From positions 256,001 through 320,000 of the forward strand of contig CBFGTS010000001.1 in assembly GCA_965652295.1 (NCBI GenBank): DNA of 64,000 nucleotides, written 5' to 3'. The first letter of the stretch is position 1; every line of letters starts with the position of its first letter. The translations under genes were made by a program, and so were the position numbers. Origin of the DNA: an uncultured Haloferula sp. GTDB lineage: Bacteria; Verrucomicrobiota; Verrucomicrobiia; Verrucomicrobiales; Akkermansiaceae. Below are positions 8,400 to 18,336 of this stretch, in pieces. Below the pieces are notes generated by a model. It saw only the letters and a program-made list of their open reading frames with translations. It searched no databases and was not told where the DNA came from.

Positions 8400-9929
8400 C
8401 TAGTGACCTCCGAGCAGGGCGAGGAAATAGCCCGCGGCCAGGGCGGTGCCGATGACGCCGGCGACATTCGGGCCCATGGCGTGCATCAGCAGGTAGTTGT
8501 GTGGATCGGCCTTCAGCCCCTCGGTGTGGCTCACACGTGCGGCCATCGGCACGGCGGAGACGCCTGCGGAACCGATCAGCGGGTTGATCTTGTTCTTGCT
8601 GAAAAGGTTCATGACCTTCGCCATCAGCAGACCACCGGCGGTGGAGACCCCGAAGGCGATCACACCGAGGACGATGATCATCATGGTTTCTAGCCGCAGG
8701 AAACGGTCGCCCTGCATGGTGATGCCGACGCTGGTGCCGAGGAAGATGGTCACCATGTTGATGATCTCGTTCTGGGCGGCCTTGGTGAGGCGCTCGGTCA
8801 CGCCGCACTCGCGGAGGAAGTTGCCGAGCATGAGCATGGCGATCAGGGGTGCGACCGGCGGCACCAACAGGATGCAGAGGATGGTGACGGCGAGGGCGAA
8901 GATGAGTTTCTCCAAGCGGCTCACTTTCCGCAGGCTCTTCATCCGGATCTTCCTCTCCTCCTTGGTGGTGAGCAGGTTCATGATCGGCGGCTGGATCACG
9001 GGAACGAGCGCCATGTAGCTGTAGGCGGCCACGGCGATGGGTGCCATCAGCTCCGGGGCGAGGGCGTTCGAGAGGAAGATCGAGGTGGGGCCATCGGCCC
9101 CGCCGATGATGGCGATGGCGGCGGCTTGTTGGGAGGAGAAGCCGAGCAGGACCGCGCCGAGGAAGGTGACGAACACGCCGAGCTGGGCCGCGGCTCCGAG
9201 CAGGAGCATGCGTGGATTGGCGATGAGGGGACCGAAGTCGGTCAAAGCGCCCACGCCCAGAAAGATGATCGGCGGGAAGATCTCGAGGATCACCCCGAGG
9301 GAGATCCAGTGATAGAAGCCGCCGGCGTGCTTGCTGGCCAGCTCGGTCAGCTGCTGGCCGCCGATGACCGCGCTGCCCGGCGCCGGCGTGTCTGCGACGA
9401 TCCGGCCGGAGGTGGCGGCCCAGACGAGGTAGTCGTCGGGCGTGACCTGGATTTCGCCGCCGGCGTAGGGTACGGTGATCGCTGCGTCGGCGCGCGGGTT
9501 GCCGTCGTCGGTGGGAGTGGGCGTCTCCGGCTGGACGACGAAGAGCAACGATCCGCCTCCCTCCGCGAAGAGCTTCGCTTCCTTTTCGAAAAGGGCTCGG
9601 ATTTCATCGGCATCGAGCCGGATCATGTGGTCCGGGTGTTCGTGCGGGACCCGCTCGATGGTCACGGTGTCCCCTTTGTCGACCATGGAGGCAAGGACCG
9701 TGCCGGAAACCGGAGCCCGTACCGGGCCGGGGGGCTTCTCGATGAGGTTCTCGGTGGGCAGGTTCGCGAGGAGCGCGCCGAAGGCGATCGGGATGAGGAG
9801 CAGCGGTTCGAAGCCTTTGTAAACGGCGAGCCAAAGGAGGACGAGGACCACGACCCACATCACCACCATGCGCCATTCGAGGACTCCGAATCCGGTGAGG
9901 TGGACGAGTTGCTGGAGTTGTTCGAGCAT
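8400..9929 (-). CDS. mmdB: Na+-translocating decarboxylase beta subunit (MmdB/OadB family) with large inserted domain
   Basis: FEPLLLIPIAFG, TDFGPLIANP, IIGGADGPT, AAYSYMALVP, SAGVSAVPMAARV, HAMGPNVAGVIG. Confidence 0.9.
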   Translation of the reverse strand: MLEQLQQLVHLTGFGVLEWRMVVMWVVVLVLLWLAVYKGFEPLLLIPIAFGALLANLPTENLIEKPPGPVRAPVSGTVLASMVDKGDTVTIERVPHEHPDHMIRLDADEIRALFEKEAKLFAEGGGSLLFVVQPETPTPTDDGNPRADAAITVPYAGGEIQVTPDDYLVWAATSGRIVADTPAPGSAVIGGQQLTELASKHAGGFYHWISLGVILEIFPPIIFLGVGALTDFGPLIANPRMLLLGAAAQLGVFVTFLGAVLLGFSSQQAAAIAIIGGADGPTSIFLSNALAPELMAPIAVAAYSYMALVPVIQPPIMNLLTTKEERKIRMKSLRKVSRLEKLIFALAVTILCILLVPPVAPLIAMLMLGNFLRECGVTERLTKAAQNEIINMVTIFLGTSVGITMQGDRFLRLETMMIIVLGVIAFGVSTAGGLLMAKVMNLFSKNKINPLIGSAGVSAVPMAARVSHTEGLKADPHNYLLMHAMGPNVAGVIGTALAAGYFLALLGGH

Positions 9930-9972
9930 GGAAGTGGAAGGGAAAAAGTGGAGGTGCGGGCGCGGGCGGGAG

Positions 9973-10362
9973 TCAGGCGATGACGAGGAGTTCCTGTCCT
10001 TCGTCCACCGAGTCGCCTTGTTTCACGGCGATCGATTTGACGGTGCCGGCCTGCGTCGCGCTGACGACGGTGTTCATTTTCATGGCTTCGAGCGTGAGGA
10101 CCTGCTGCCCGGCCTGGACGGTCTGGCCGATGGCGACATCGACGGACACGACGACGGCGGCGAGCGGACTGGTCAGGGATCCGTCGCCCGCGGCGGTGGC
10201 CGCAGCCTTCGGGGCCGGGGCGGGTGCCGCAGCGGGAGCGGCGACGCTGGCGGCGCGCACCGGCGTGCCGATGAGCGGCTGCACGGGGCCGCCTTCTTCT
10301 CCAAGAACCTCGACGTGCACGTCGTAGGATTTTCCGTCAACGGTGATGCGGAGATGTTTCAT
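9973..10362 (-). CDS. mmdC: Biotin carboxyl carrier subunit of the decarboxylase
   Basis: Ala/Pro linker and EAMKM biotinylation motif. Confidence 0.9.
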   Translation of the reverse strand: MKHLRITVDGKSYDVHVEVLGEEGGPVQPLIGTPVRAASVAAPAAAPAPAPKAAATAAGDGSLTSPLAAVVVSVDVAIGQTVQAGQQVLTLEAMKMNTVVSATQAGTVKSIAVKQGDSVDEGQELLVIA

Positions 10363-10402
10363 GAGATAAGTGATGATGGATGGAATGAATGCTTGTTGGA
10401 GG

Positions 10403-10756
10403 TCAGCGGACGCGGTGGGACGAGAAGATCTGGCGGCGTCCTTCGGAGGCCCAGCCGTCGCCGGCAGGAGCGACGCGGACGATCTTGTGCGCTTGGCCTT
10501 CCATCATGACCGCCACGGCGGCGGCGAGGACGGCAGGGATGGCGTCGTCCGCGGCGGCTTGAGGGGCGGGTGCGGGCGCGGCGACCGGGACGGGTGCCGG
10601 CTTCGCCCGGGCGGCGCGGCTGAAGCCGAGGCCGTTGAGGGTGATGAAGAGCATCAGGCAGCCGAGGACGATGAGGACCATGAATTGGCCCACGAACAGG
10701 AATTCGACCGCCTCCGTCAGGGTCGGATGCGGAGCAAGGTTGGCGAGAAGGTTCAT
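10403..10756 (-). CDS. mmdD: Decarboxylase delta/OadG-type membrane anchor subunit
   Basis: Single N-terminal TM, Ala/Pro linker, AVLAAAV...WASEGR C-terminus; lies between alpha and BCCP. Confidence 0.75.
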   Translation of the reverse strand: MNLLANLAPHPTLTEAVEFLFVGQFMVLIVLGCLMLFITLNGLGFSRAARAKPAPVPVAAPAPAPQAAADDAIPAVLAAAVAVMMEGQAHKIVRVAPAGDGWASEGRRQIFSSHRVR

Positions 10757-10774
10757 GGGAATCCGGAGATATGG

Positions 10775-12328
10775 TTAGAGTGGGATGTTGCCGTGCTTCT
10801 TGGGCGGCCGGGTATCGCGCTTCGACAGGGTGGCGCGCAGGGCGAGGGCGATTCGCGAGCGAGTGCCCGCGGGCGTAATGACGTCGGTGATCATCGCCCG
10901 GGCCGCGGCTTGGTAGGGCGAAGCGAACTCGTGGCGGTATTCCTCGATCAGTTTCGCCGTCATGGCCTTCGGGTCCTCGGCTTCCTTGATCTGCTTTCCG
11001 AAGAGAATGTTGGCTGCGCCTTCGGCACCCATGACCGCGATTTCGGCGGTCGGCCATGCGAGCACGAGATCGGCACCGAGGTCGGCGGAGCACATGGCGA
11101 GGTAGGCACCGCCATAGGCCTTGCGCATGATCAGCGTGATCTTCGGCACGGTGGCCGCGGCGTAGGCGAAGAGCATTTTGGCACCGTGGCGGATGATCCC
11201 GCCGCGCTCCTGGGCAAGGCCGGGCATGAAGCCGGGGGTGTCGACGAGGTTGACGACCGGGATGTTGAAGATGTTGCAGGTGCGGATGAAACGGGCACCC
11301 TTGTCGGAGGAGTCGATGTCGAGCGTGCCGGCGCGCACCGCGGGCTGGTTGGCGATGATGCCCACGACGACTCCGCAGATGCGGCCGAAGCCGGTGACGA
11401 GGTTTTTCGCGAAGTCCGGCATGATCTCGAAGAAGCTGTCGGGATCGACGAGGCGGTCGATGACCTGGAGGACGTCGAGCGCGGACTTCGGATTGTCGGG
11501 AACGAGCTCGTTCATCCCCAGGTCCGGCGTGGTGTTGATCGGATAGTCGAGATCGTGCGGCGGATCGCAGACGTTGTTCGCCGGGAGGTAGGAGAGCAAG
11601 CGTGCGGCGAGCGCCATGGCATGGGTGTCGTCCCGGGCGATGAGGTGGATGTTGCCGCTGACGGTCGCGTGGGCGGCGGCGGAGGCGAACTGCTCAAGCT
11701 CGGCGTTCTCCCCGGTGGCGGCCTTGATGACGCCGGGGCCGCAGATGAACATGTTGGCGTTTTTCTCCGTCATGATGAGGAAATCCATCAGGGCGGGGGA
11801 GTAGGCCGCGCCACCGGCGCAAGGGCCGGCGATCACCGCGATCTGCGGGACGACGCCGGAGAGATAGACGTTCTTGAAGAAGACCTTGCCGTATCCCGAC
11901 AGCGAATCGACGCCCTCTTGGATTCGCGCGCCGCCGGAATCGTTCACGGCCACAACTGGAATGCCGACATCGTGGGCATAGTCCATGAGTTGGCAGATTT
12001 TCCGTGCGTGGATGCGACCGAGCGAGCCGCCACTGACGGTGAAATCCTGGCTGTAGGCGGCGACCGGACGGCCATCGACGAAGCCGGTTCCGCAGACCAC
12101 GCCGTCGTAGGGCAGTTCCTTTTTCTCCATCCCGAAGGCGGAGCAGCCGTGCTGGGCATGCATGCCGAACTCCTGGAACGAGCCGGCTTCGAAGAAGACC
12201 TCCAGGCGCTCGCGGGCGCAGAGCAGACCCTTCTCCTTGCGTTTCGCGATCTTGTCCGGTCCGCCGGCTTCGCGGGCTTTCTGGCGGCGGTTTTCGAGGT
12301 CTTCCAAAAGTTTCGGGTCGATGGCCAT
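10775..12328 (-). CDS. mmdA: Methylmalonyl-CoA decarboxylase alpha (acyl-CoA carboxyltransferase) subunit
   Basis: DSGGARIQEG, GPCAGGAAYSPA, DTPGFMPG, RKAYGGAY, KKHGNIPL. Confidence 0.9.
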   Translation of the reverse strand: MAIDPKLLEDLENRRQKAREAGGPDKIAKRKEKGLLCARERLEVFFEAGSFQEFGMHAQHGCSAFGMEKKELPYDGVVCGTGFVDGRPVAAYSQDFTVSGGSLGRIHARKICQLMDYAHDVGIPVVAVNDSGGARIQEGVDSLSGYGKVFFKNVYLSGVVPQIAVIAGPCAGGAAYSPALMDFLIMTEKNANMFICGPGVIKAATGENAELEQFASAAAHATVSGNIHLIARDDTHAMALAARLLSYLPANNVCDPPHDLDYPINTTPDLGMNELVPDNPKSALDVLQVIDRLVDPDSFFEIMPDFAKNLVTGFGRICGVVVGIIANQPAVRAGTLDIDSSDKGARFIRTCNIFNIPVVNLVDTPGFMPGLAQERGGIIRHGAKMLFAYAAATVPKITLIMRKAYGGAYLAMCSADLGADLVLAWPTAEIAVMGAEGAANILFGKQIKEAEDPKAMTAKLIEEYRHEFASPYQAAARAMITDVITPAGTRSRIALALRATLSKRDTRPPKKHGNIPL

Positions 12329-12341
12329 GGTCGTGGTGGGT

Positions 12342-12755
12342 TCAGGCTCCGGCAGGTTTCGACATGCAGAATTCGGTGAGCACGCCGTGGGTGGATTTCG
12401 GGTGAAGGAAGGCGACGAGTTTGTTGGCCGCGCCTTCGAAGGGGACTTCGTGGATCAGTCGGATGCCGCTCTCCGCGGCCTTGCCGAGCTGGGCGTCGAT
12501 GTCATCGGTGCGGAAAGCGATATGGTGGATGCCTTCGCCGTTCTTCTCCAGGAACTTCGTGATCGGGCTTTCGTCGGAGGTCGGTTCGAGCAGTTCGAGA
12601 TGAACGCCCCCGCAGTCGAAGAACGCGGTGCGGACCTTCTGGGATTCGACTTCTTCACGGCCATGACAATGCAGGCCGAGGGACTCTTCGTAGTAGCGGC
12701 AGGCCTCGTCCAGATTGCGGACGGCGATGCCGAGGTGATCGATTTGCTGGATCAT
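12342..12755 (-). CDS. mce: Methylmalonyl-CoA epimerase
   Basis: IDHLGIAV, ELLEP, GEGIHHIAF, FLHPKSTHGVLTE (VOC fold). Confidence 0.93.
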   Translation of the reverse strand: MIQQIDHLGIAVRNLDEACRYYEESLGLHCHGREEVESQKVRTAFFDCGGVHLELLEPTSDESPITKFLEKNGEGIHHIAFRTDDIDAQLGKAAESGIRLIHEVPFEGAANKLVAFLHPKSTHGVLTEFCMSKPAGA

Positions 12756-12780
12756 AAAAACGGGTCGGTCAGACGTTCAG

Positions 12781-12931
12781 CGGAACCTTTCCTTCCGGAA
12801 GCCGGCGTCCAATTGCCGGGCCACCCAATCCTCGATCCGGCCCATCGACCGCGCTTCACCACTGGTGGTTTCCTCCCTCGGGAAGTTCACGCCCCGACCT
12901 TCGCCGAGACCCGATCCGGGGCCAAGTTCCG
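12781..12931 (-). ncRNA. Putative structured 5' leader of the mce-mmd operon (unassigned)
   Basis: Closing helix CGGAAC/GTTCCG enclosing several hairpins (GCCCCG/CGGGGC, ACCA/TGGT, TCGAT/ATCGA, CCGGC/GCCGG); by eye only. Confidence 0.35.
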
Positions 12932-13138
12932 TCCCTCCGCCTAAACTCGGATAACCGTCGCATATGCTCCGATGGAGGTCTCGGATGTACGGGAAATGCC
13001 ATAATTCACGCGGATTTTGAGGGGGTGGCGCGGGCCTCCAGGTTTGCGGGAGGCGTTCCGGCTTTTAGCCGGATGGAAGAGATGAAGGGGTTGACGCCGG
13101 GGTGGGTTGGCTACCAAACGAAGAAGTCGAGGATGTCC

Positions 13139-13355
13139 TGAGGTCTCCCGGATCGGGAGCGCGCTGTCTTGCCATGGCAGCGAGGCGTCCGGCGTCCGTA
13201 CTCTGGGAAGAGTGCGGGCCTTTCGCAAACCTGGAGGTTTGCGCCACGGCATTTCGTGCGCGGCTTTTCGGACTGGACGGGATGAGGAACTCGCGCGCGT
13301 GGAGGATATCTACCCACGCGTCGCCATTACGGTCGGCCGCGAGCGAGACACCTCA
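13139..13355 (+). ncRNA. Putative structured 5' leader of the mutase operon (unassigned)
   Basis: Nested helices TGAGGT/ACCTCA, CTCCCG/CGGGAG, CGCTGTC/GGCAGCG, CGTCCGG/CTGGACG, CCGTACTCT/AGAGTGCGG, CGCAAACC/GGTTTGCG, CTCGCG/CGCGAG, CGCGTGG/CCACGCG; TTGACG at 13091. Confidence 0.4.
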
Positions 13356-13377
13356 ATCTTCTGCGCCCAGTCACGCC

Positions 13378-15534
13378 ATGAGTTCCACTGAAACCCCTGT
13401 TGCTCCGCCTGCTCCTTCTGCGTTCCCATCCAGCACCGAGGCCGAATGGAGAGTCGCCGCCGAAGCCCTTCTCAAGGGCGCTCCCTTCGACAAGGTGATG
13501 CGCACACCGACGCCGGAGGGCATCACGCTCGAGCCGATCTACCGCCGCGAGGTGTTGGATGGAATCCCGGCCGCTTCCGCGCTCCCCGGCACCGATGGTT
13601 GCCTGCGAGGCACGCGTGTGGAAGGGTACCGGGTGGAGCCGTGGGAGATCGCCCAGGAGCTTCCGTATGGCGCCCCTGCGGAATTCAACCGCGCCCTGCT
13701 CGCCGATCTCGCGCGCGGATTGAACTGCGTGAACGTGCTGCTCGACATCGCCACCGTGAATGGTCGCGACCCCGATTCGGCACCAGCCGGAGAGGTCGGT
13801 GCCTGCGGTCTTTCGCTCGCCTCGCTCGAAGACGCGGAGCGGGCCTTCGCCAACGTGGTGCCCGATGCGGTTTCGTTCCATTTCCAGCCCGGTTGTGGTG
13901 CGCTGCCGGTGCAGGCTCTTTTCAAAGCGTGGCTCCGGCGCAAGGGCGCGGATCCGAATAAGGTCCGCGGCGCGTTGAACATGGATCCGCTCGCGATGCT
14001 CGCCGCATCCGGATCGCTGCCGACCTCCCTCAAACAGTGCTACGATGAGATGGCTGCCCTGGTGCGCGATCAACTCGCCACGATGCCCGGCTTTTCCGCC
14101 GTCGGCGTGAGCACGCTGCCGGCCCACGGCGCGGGGGCCAGCGCGGTGCAGGAGCTCGGCATCGCGCTCGCCACCGGCCTCGCCTACATCCGCGCGCTCA
14201 CCGAGCGCGGCCTGACGGTCGATGAGGCGGCGTCGCAGACCTGCTTCACGTTCTCGATCGGCGGAAACTTCTTTATGGAACTAGCAAAGTTCCGCGCGTT
14301 CCGGCCGCTGTGGGCGAGCGTCGTCCAATCGCTCGGCGGCAGCGTGGAGTCGGCGAAACCCCGCGTCCACGGCCGCACCGGCCTCTATAACAAGACGCGG
14401 CACGATCCTTATGTGAACATGCTGCGCACCACCACCGAGGCGCTTTCCGGCGTGCTCGGCGGCGTCGACAGTCTGTGCGTCGGCACCTTCGATGAGTGCC
14501 TGCGCGTGCCCGATGAGTTCTCACGGCGGATCGCGCGCAACACGCAGATCATCCTTCAGGAGGAGTGCGAGATTCCCGCCGTGGTCGATCCTGCCGGCGG
14601 TTCATGGTTCGTGGAATGGCTGACCGATCAGGTGGCGCGCAAGTCGTGGGAGGAATTTCAGGCGATCGAGAAGGAGGGCGGGATGGAGAAGGCGCTTGAG
14701 TCCGGAGCGCTCCAATCGTCCGTTTCCAAGATTCACGTCGGCCGCGAAAAGTTGCTCTCGCAGCGTCGCATGTCGCTGGTGGGCACGAACCAGTATCCCG
14801 ATATTGCCGAGAAACCGCTGGCCGAGCGCGGGTGTGACTTCGTCGCGTTGCGCGAAAAACGCGCCAAGGAGCTCGCGGCCCTGCGCACCGGCGCGGATGC
14901 CCAGACGGATGCCGAGGTCATGGAGCGTCTCGCGGCCTTGCTCGAAGGAGAGGGAAAGGACCTGCTGCCCGGACTCGTCGAGGCCGTGCTGGCCGGGGCC
15001 ACCATCGGGGAAATTACGCGGGCGCTCCGGGCCGGAGCGGGCGAGCCTCCGGTGGTCGATCCCCTGCCATCGGGTCGCCTGGCGGTGATGTACGAAGAGC
15101 TCCGTAATGCATCGGATGCGTTCAAGTCAGCCACCGGGAAAGGTCCGATGATCCACCTGGCGACCTGCGGCGTGCTTCGTCGCCACAAGGCTCGTGCCGA
15201 TTTCACCCGCTCGTTTTTCGCCACCGGCGGCTTCGAGTGTCACTATGCGGAGGGCTCCGCCGAGCCTGCCGAGGTGACTTCCCGCGCGCTCGCCTCCGGG
15301 GCGAGGGTGGTGGTGATCTGCGGCCATGATGACGATTACCCGGACTTCGTTCCCGCCATCGCCGCAGCGATCAAGGAAGCCGACGCCGGGATCAGCGTGA
15401 TCCTCGCCGGCCATCCGGGAGATCGCGAGGCGGCCTACCGTGAGGCCGGACTCGATGACTTCATCTTCGTCAAGTCGAACAACTACGAGACCAATCGTAG
15501 ATACCTCTCCCGGATCGGAGTCCTCGAAGCCTGA
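13378..15534 (+). CDS. mutA: Methylmalonyl-CoA mutase small (non-catalytic) subunit
   Basis: [35 protein letters not shown]; lacks DxHxxG. Start set at MSSTETP. Confidence 0.88.
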   Translation: MSSTETPVAPPAPSAFPSSTEAEWRVAAEALLKGAPFDKVMRTPTPEGITLEPIYRREVLDGIPAASALPGTDGCLRGTRVEGYRVEPWEIAQELPYGAPAEFNRALLADLARGLNCVNVLLDIATVNGRDPDSAPAGEVGACGLSLASLEDAERAFANVVPDAVSFHFQPGCGALPVQALFKAWLRRKGADPNKVRGALNMDPLAMLAASGSLPTSLKQCYDEMAALVRDQLATMPGFSAVGVSTLPAHGAGASAVQELGIALATGLAYIRALTERGLTVDEAASQTCFTFSIGGNFFMELAKFRAFRPLWASVVQSLGGSVESAKPRVHGRTGLYNKTRHDPYVNMLRTTTEALSGVLGGVDSLCVGTFDECLRVPDEFSRRIARNTQIILQEECEIPAVVDPAGGSWFVEWLTDQVARKSWEEFQAIEKEGGMEKALESGALQSSVSKIHVGREKLLSQRRMSLVGTNQYPDIAEKPLAERGCDFVALREKRAKELAALRTGADAQTDAEVMERLAALLEGEGKDLLPGLVEAVLAGATIGEITRALRAGAGEPPVVDPLPSGRLAVMYEELRNASDAFKSATGKGPMIHLATCGVLRRHKARADFTRSFFATGGFECHYAEGSAEPAEVTSRALASGARVVVICGHDDDYPDFVPAIAAAIKEADAGISVILAGHPGDREAAYREAGLDDFIFVKSNNYETNRRYLSRIGVLEA

Positions 15535-15563
15535 ATTTGAAACCCTTCTTTTCCCACGAAATC

Positions 15564-17729
15564 ATGAACCAAGTCGATTTCACCACGCTGCCCTACGAAG
15601 CGCCGACGCCGAGCGCTGACGCCGCTTCCTGGAGCGCTTCCGTCTCCGCCGCCACCGGCAGGTCGCCGGATGCCCTCGTCACCGAAACGATGGAACGCAT
15701 CCCCGTGAAGCCGCTCTACACCGCGGCGGATTACGAGGGGATGACCCACCTCGACTACACCGCCGGGCTGCCTCCTTTTCTGCGCGGACCCTATGCCACG
15801 ATGTATGTCTTCCGCCCTTGGACGGTGCGCCAGTACGCCGGCTTCTCGACCGCGGAGGAGTCGAACGCGTTCTACCGTCGCAACATCGCGGCGGGTCAGC
15901 AGGGCCTCTCGGTGGCCTTCGATCTGGCGACGCACCGCGGCTACGACAGCGACCACCCGCGGGTCGTCGGCGATGTCGGCAAGGCAGGCGTGGCGATCGA
16001 TTCTGTCGAGGACATGAAGGTGCTCTTCGACTCCATCCCGCTCGATCGCGTCTCGGTTTCCATGACGATGAACGGCGCGGTGATTCCGGTGCTGGCCTTC
16101 TACATCGTCGCCGCGCTGGAGCAGGGCTGCTCGCTCGATCAGCTCAGCGGAACGATCCAGAACGACATCCTGAAGGAGTTCATGGTGCGGAACACCTACA
16201 TCTATCCACCCGCGCCCTCGATGCGGATCATCGGTGACATCTTTTCCTACACCTCGCGGAAAATGCCGAAGTTCAACTCGATCTCGATCTCCGGCTACCA
16301 CATGCAGGAGGCCGGGGCCACGGCGGACCTGGAAATGGGCTACACTCTTGCCGACGGACTGGAGTACCTCCGGACGGGCGTCAACTCAGGGCTCGATATC
16401 GATGCCTTCGCGCCGCGGCTGTCGTTCTTCTGGGCCATCGGGAAGAACTACTTCATGGAGATCGCCAAGATGCGCGCCGCGCGCGTGCTGTGGTCTCGCA
16501 TCGTCAGCCAATTCCATCCGAAGAGCCCCAAGTCCCTCGCGTTGCGGACACACTCGCAGACGTCCGGCTGGTCGCTCACCGAGCAGGACCCGTTCAACAA
16601 CGTTGTTCGCACCGCCATCGAAGCGATGGCCTCGGCCTGCGGCCACACGCAATCGCTGCACACCAACGCACTCGACGAAGCGATTGCGCTGCCGACCGAT
16701 TTCTCCGCCCGCATCGCGCGGAACACCCAGCTCTTCCTTCAGGAGGAAACCGGCATCTGCAAGGTCATCGACCCGTGGGGCGGCAGCTACTACGTCGAGT
16801 CGCTGACCCGTGCGCTGATGGACAAGGCGTGGGCGCACATCGAGGAGGTGGAAAAACTCGGCGGCATGACCAAGGCGATCGAGGAAGGAATTCCGAAGCT
16901 GCGCATCGAGGAAGCCGCCGCCCGCCGCCAGGCGCGGATCGACAGCGGCAAGGAAACGATCGTCGGGCTCAACAAGTACCGCCTCGGAAAGGAAGAGCCG
17001 CTCGACATCCTCGACATCGACAACTCCGCGGTGCGCGTCTCGCAGATCCGCCGGATCGAGCAGATCCGCAAGACCCGCGACGCCGATGCCTGCCGTCAGG
17101 CGCTGGAGGCGATCACCCGCTGCGCGGAAACGGGCGAGGGCAACCTGCTCGAACTCGCGGTCGCCGCGGCCCAGGCACGGGCGACGCTCGGCGAGATCTC
17201 GGATGCCATGGAGTCGGTTTTCGGTCGCTACAAGGCGCGCATCCGCTCGATTTCGGGCGTGTACACGAAGGAATTCGGAACCGATCCTACGATGACTACC
17301 GTAAAAGAATTGATCGCGAAATTCGAGCAGGCGGAAGGCCGTCGGCCGCGGATTCTGATCGCGAAGATGGGTCAGGACGGCCACGACCGGGGGGCCAAGG
17401 TGGTCGCCACCGCCTACGCCGACCTGGGTTTCGATGTCGATATCGGGCCGCTTTTCCAAACGCCGGAAGAGACGGCGCGGCAGGCGGTGGAGAATGACGT
17501 CCACGTGGTGGCCATGAGTTCGCTTGCCGCCGGTCACAAGACATTGCTGCCCGAGCTGGTGGCGGAACTCGCGAAGCTGGGGCGCGACGACATCATGGTC
17601 GTCTGCGGCGGCGTGATCCCGGCGCAGGACTACGAGTTCCTGCTTTCCAACGGCGCGAGCGCGATCTTCGGGCCCGGCACGGTGATTCCGGAGTCGGCCA
17701 AGCGGATCCTTGAACTCCTCCTTGCTTGA
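15564..17729 (+). CDS. scpA: Methylmalonyl-CoA mutase, B12-binding catalytic subunit
   Basis: [41 protein letters not shown] (DxHxxG). Confidence 0.96.
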   Translation: MNQVDFTTLPYEAPTPSADAASWSASVSAATGRSPDALVTETMERIPVKPLYTAADYEGMTHLDYTAGLPPFLRGPYATMYVFRPWTVRQYAGFSTAEESNAFYRRNIAAGQQGLSVAFDLATHRGYDSDHPRVVGDVGKAGVAIDSVEDMKVLFDSIPLDRVSVSMTMNGAVIPVLAFYIVAALEQGCSLDQLSGTIQNDILKEFMVRNTYIYPPAPSMRIIGDIFSYTSRKMPKFNSISISGYHMQEAGATADLEMGYTLADGLEYLRTGVNSGLDIDAFAPRLSFFWAIGKNYFMEIAKMRAARVLWSRIVSQFHPKSPKSLALRTHSQTSGWSLTEQDPFNNVVRTAIEAMASACGHTQSLHTNALDEAIALPTDFSARIARNTQLFLQEETGICKVIDPWGGSYYVESLTRALMDKAWAHIEEVEKLGGMTKAIEEGIPKLRIEEAAARRQARIDSGKETIVGLNKYRLGKEEPLDILDIDNSAVRVSQIRRIEQIRKTRDADACRQALEAITRCAETGEGNLLELAVAAAQARATLGEISDAMESVFGRYKARIRSISGVYTKEFGTDPTMTTVKELIAKFEQAEGRRPRILIAKMGQDGHDRGAKVVATAYADLGFDVDIGPLFQTPEETARQAVENDVHVVAMSSLAAGHKTLLPELVAELAKLGRDDIMVVCGGVIPAQDYEFLLSNGASAIFGPGTVIPESAKRILELLLA

Positions 17730-17749
17730 AATCCGAATCCATCGAACCC

Positions 17750-18157
17750 ATGTCCCAAGACACCACCGCCAACCTCGCCTACCTGCTGGAAACCAAGAAA
17801 ATGGACAGTGCCCGTCCCGCCGTGATCATCGGCGAGGCCTGTGACTGGCTGAAGGCGCAGCTCCACGAGGCCAACGTCAGCTATCATTTCACCGACAGCG
17901 GCGTGCAGGAGCACGGCGGCTACGGCTATTTCCAGATCAAGGCGCTCTTCAAATCCACACCGATCACGCTGCACATCAAGATCGCGGAGATCCACGAGCG
18001 TCCGTTCTGCTTCGCGGACATCCGCGTGCGTGGCCAGCACGAGCGGCTGTTGTTTCCGTTCTTCGGCGAAATTGGTTCCGACGACGGGCGTCTGACGATC
18101 CTGCACTACACGGCGGACTTCCTGCTTTCGACCACGCAGGACGTGACGGCGATGTGA
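17750..18157 (+). CDS. Hypothetical protein inside the mutase operon
   Basis: Open frame with normal codon bias directly after the mutase; no motif recognised. Confidence 0.7.
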   Translation: MSQDTTANLAYLLETKKMDSARPAVIIGEACDWLKAQLHEANVSYHFTDSGVQEHGGYGYFQIKALFKSTPITLHIKIAEIHERPFCFADIRVRGQHERLLFPFFGEIGSDDGRLTILHYTADFLLSTTQDVTAM

Positions 18158-18298
18158 GCGCTGCCTGGATGGTTACAGCCGATTTTACACGGAGGAACTG
18201 AGATCACTGAGTCCCGATGGATTTCATGTTTTAACGCCATTTTGTGACCTCCGTCTTCCATTTCTCCCTGTGGCAAAGGCGTGAATCAGTTTTTCCAG

Positions 18299-18330
18299 CC
18301 TTGGCGCGATCTGCGTCTTGGCGATGAATC
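18299..18330. repeat. Dispersed 32-nt repeat with 9-nt internal period (copy 1)
   Basis: CCTTGGCGCGATCTGCGTCTTGGCGATGAATC; 27/32 identical to the reverse complement of 59236-59267. Confidence 0.6.
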
Positions 18331-18336
18331 GTTACT

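Noticed and set aside
12756..13377. Cobalamin riboswitch upstream of the B12-dependent mutase
   Set aside because: No GCCACTG...GGGAAG pair or AGYCAGRAGACC B12-box seen on either strand; kept only as an unassigned structured leader.
13102..13377. 92-aa N-terminal extension of MutA in the ORF track
   Set aside because: Non-homologous low-quality sequence across the structured leader; the ATG at 13378 has the typical GCC-ATG context.
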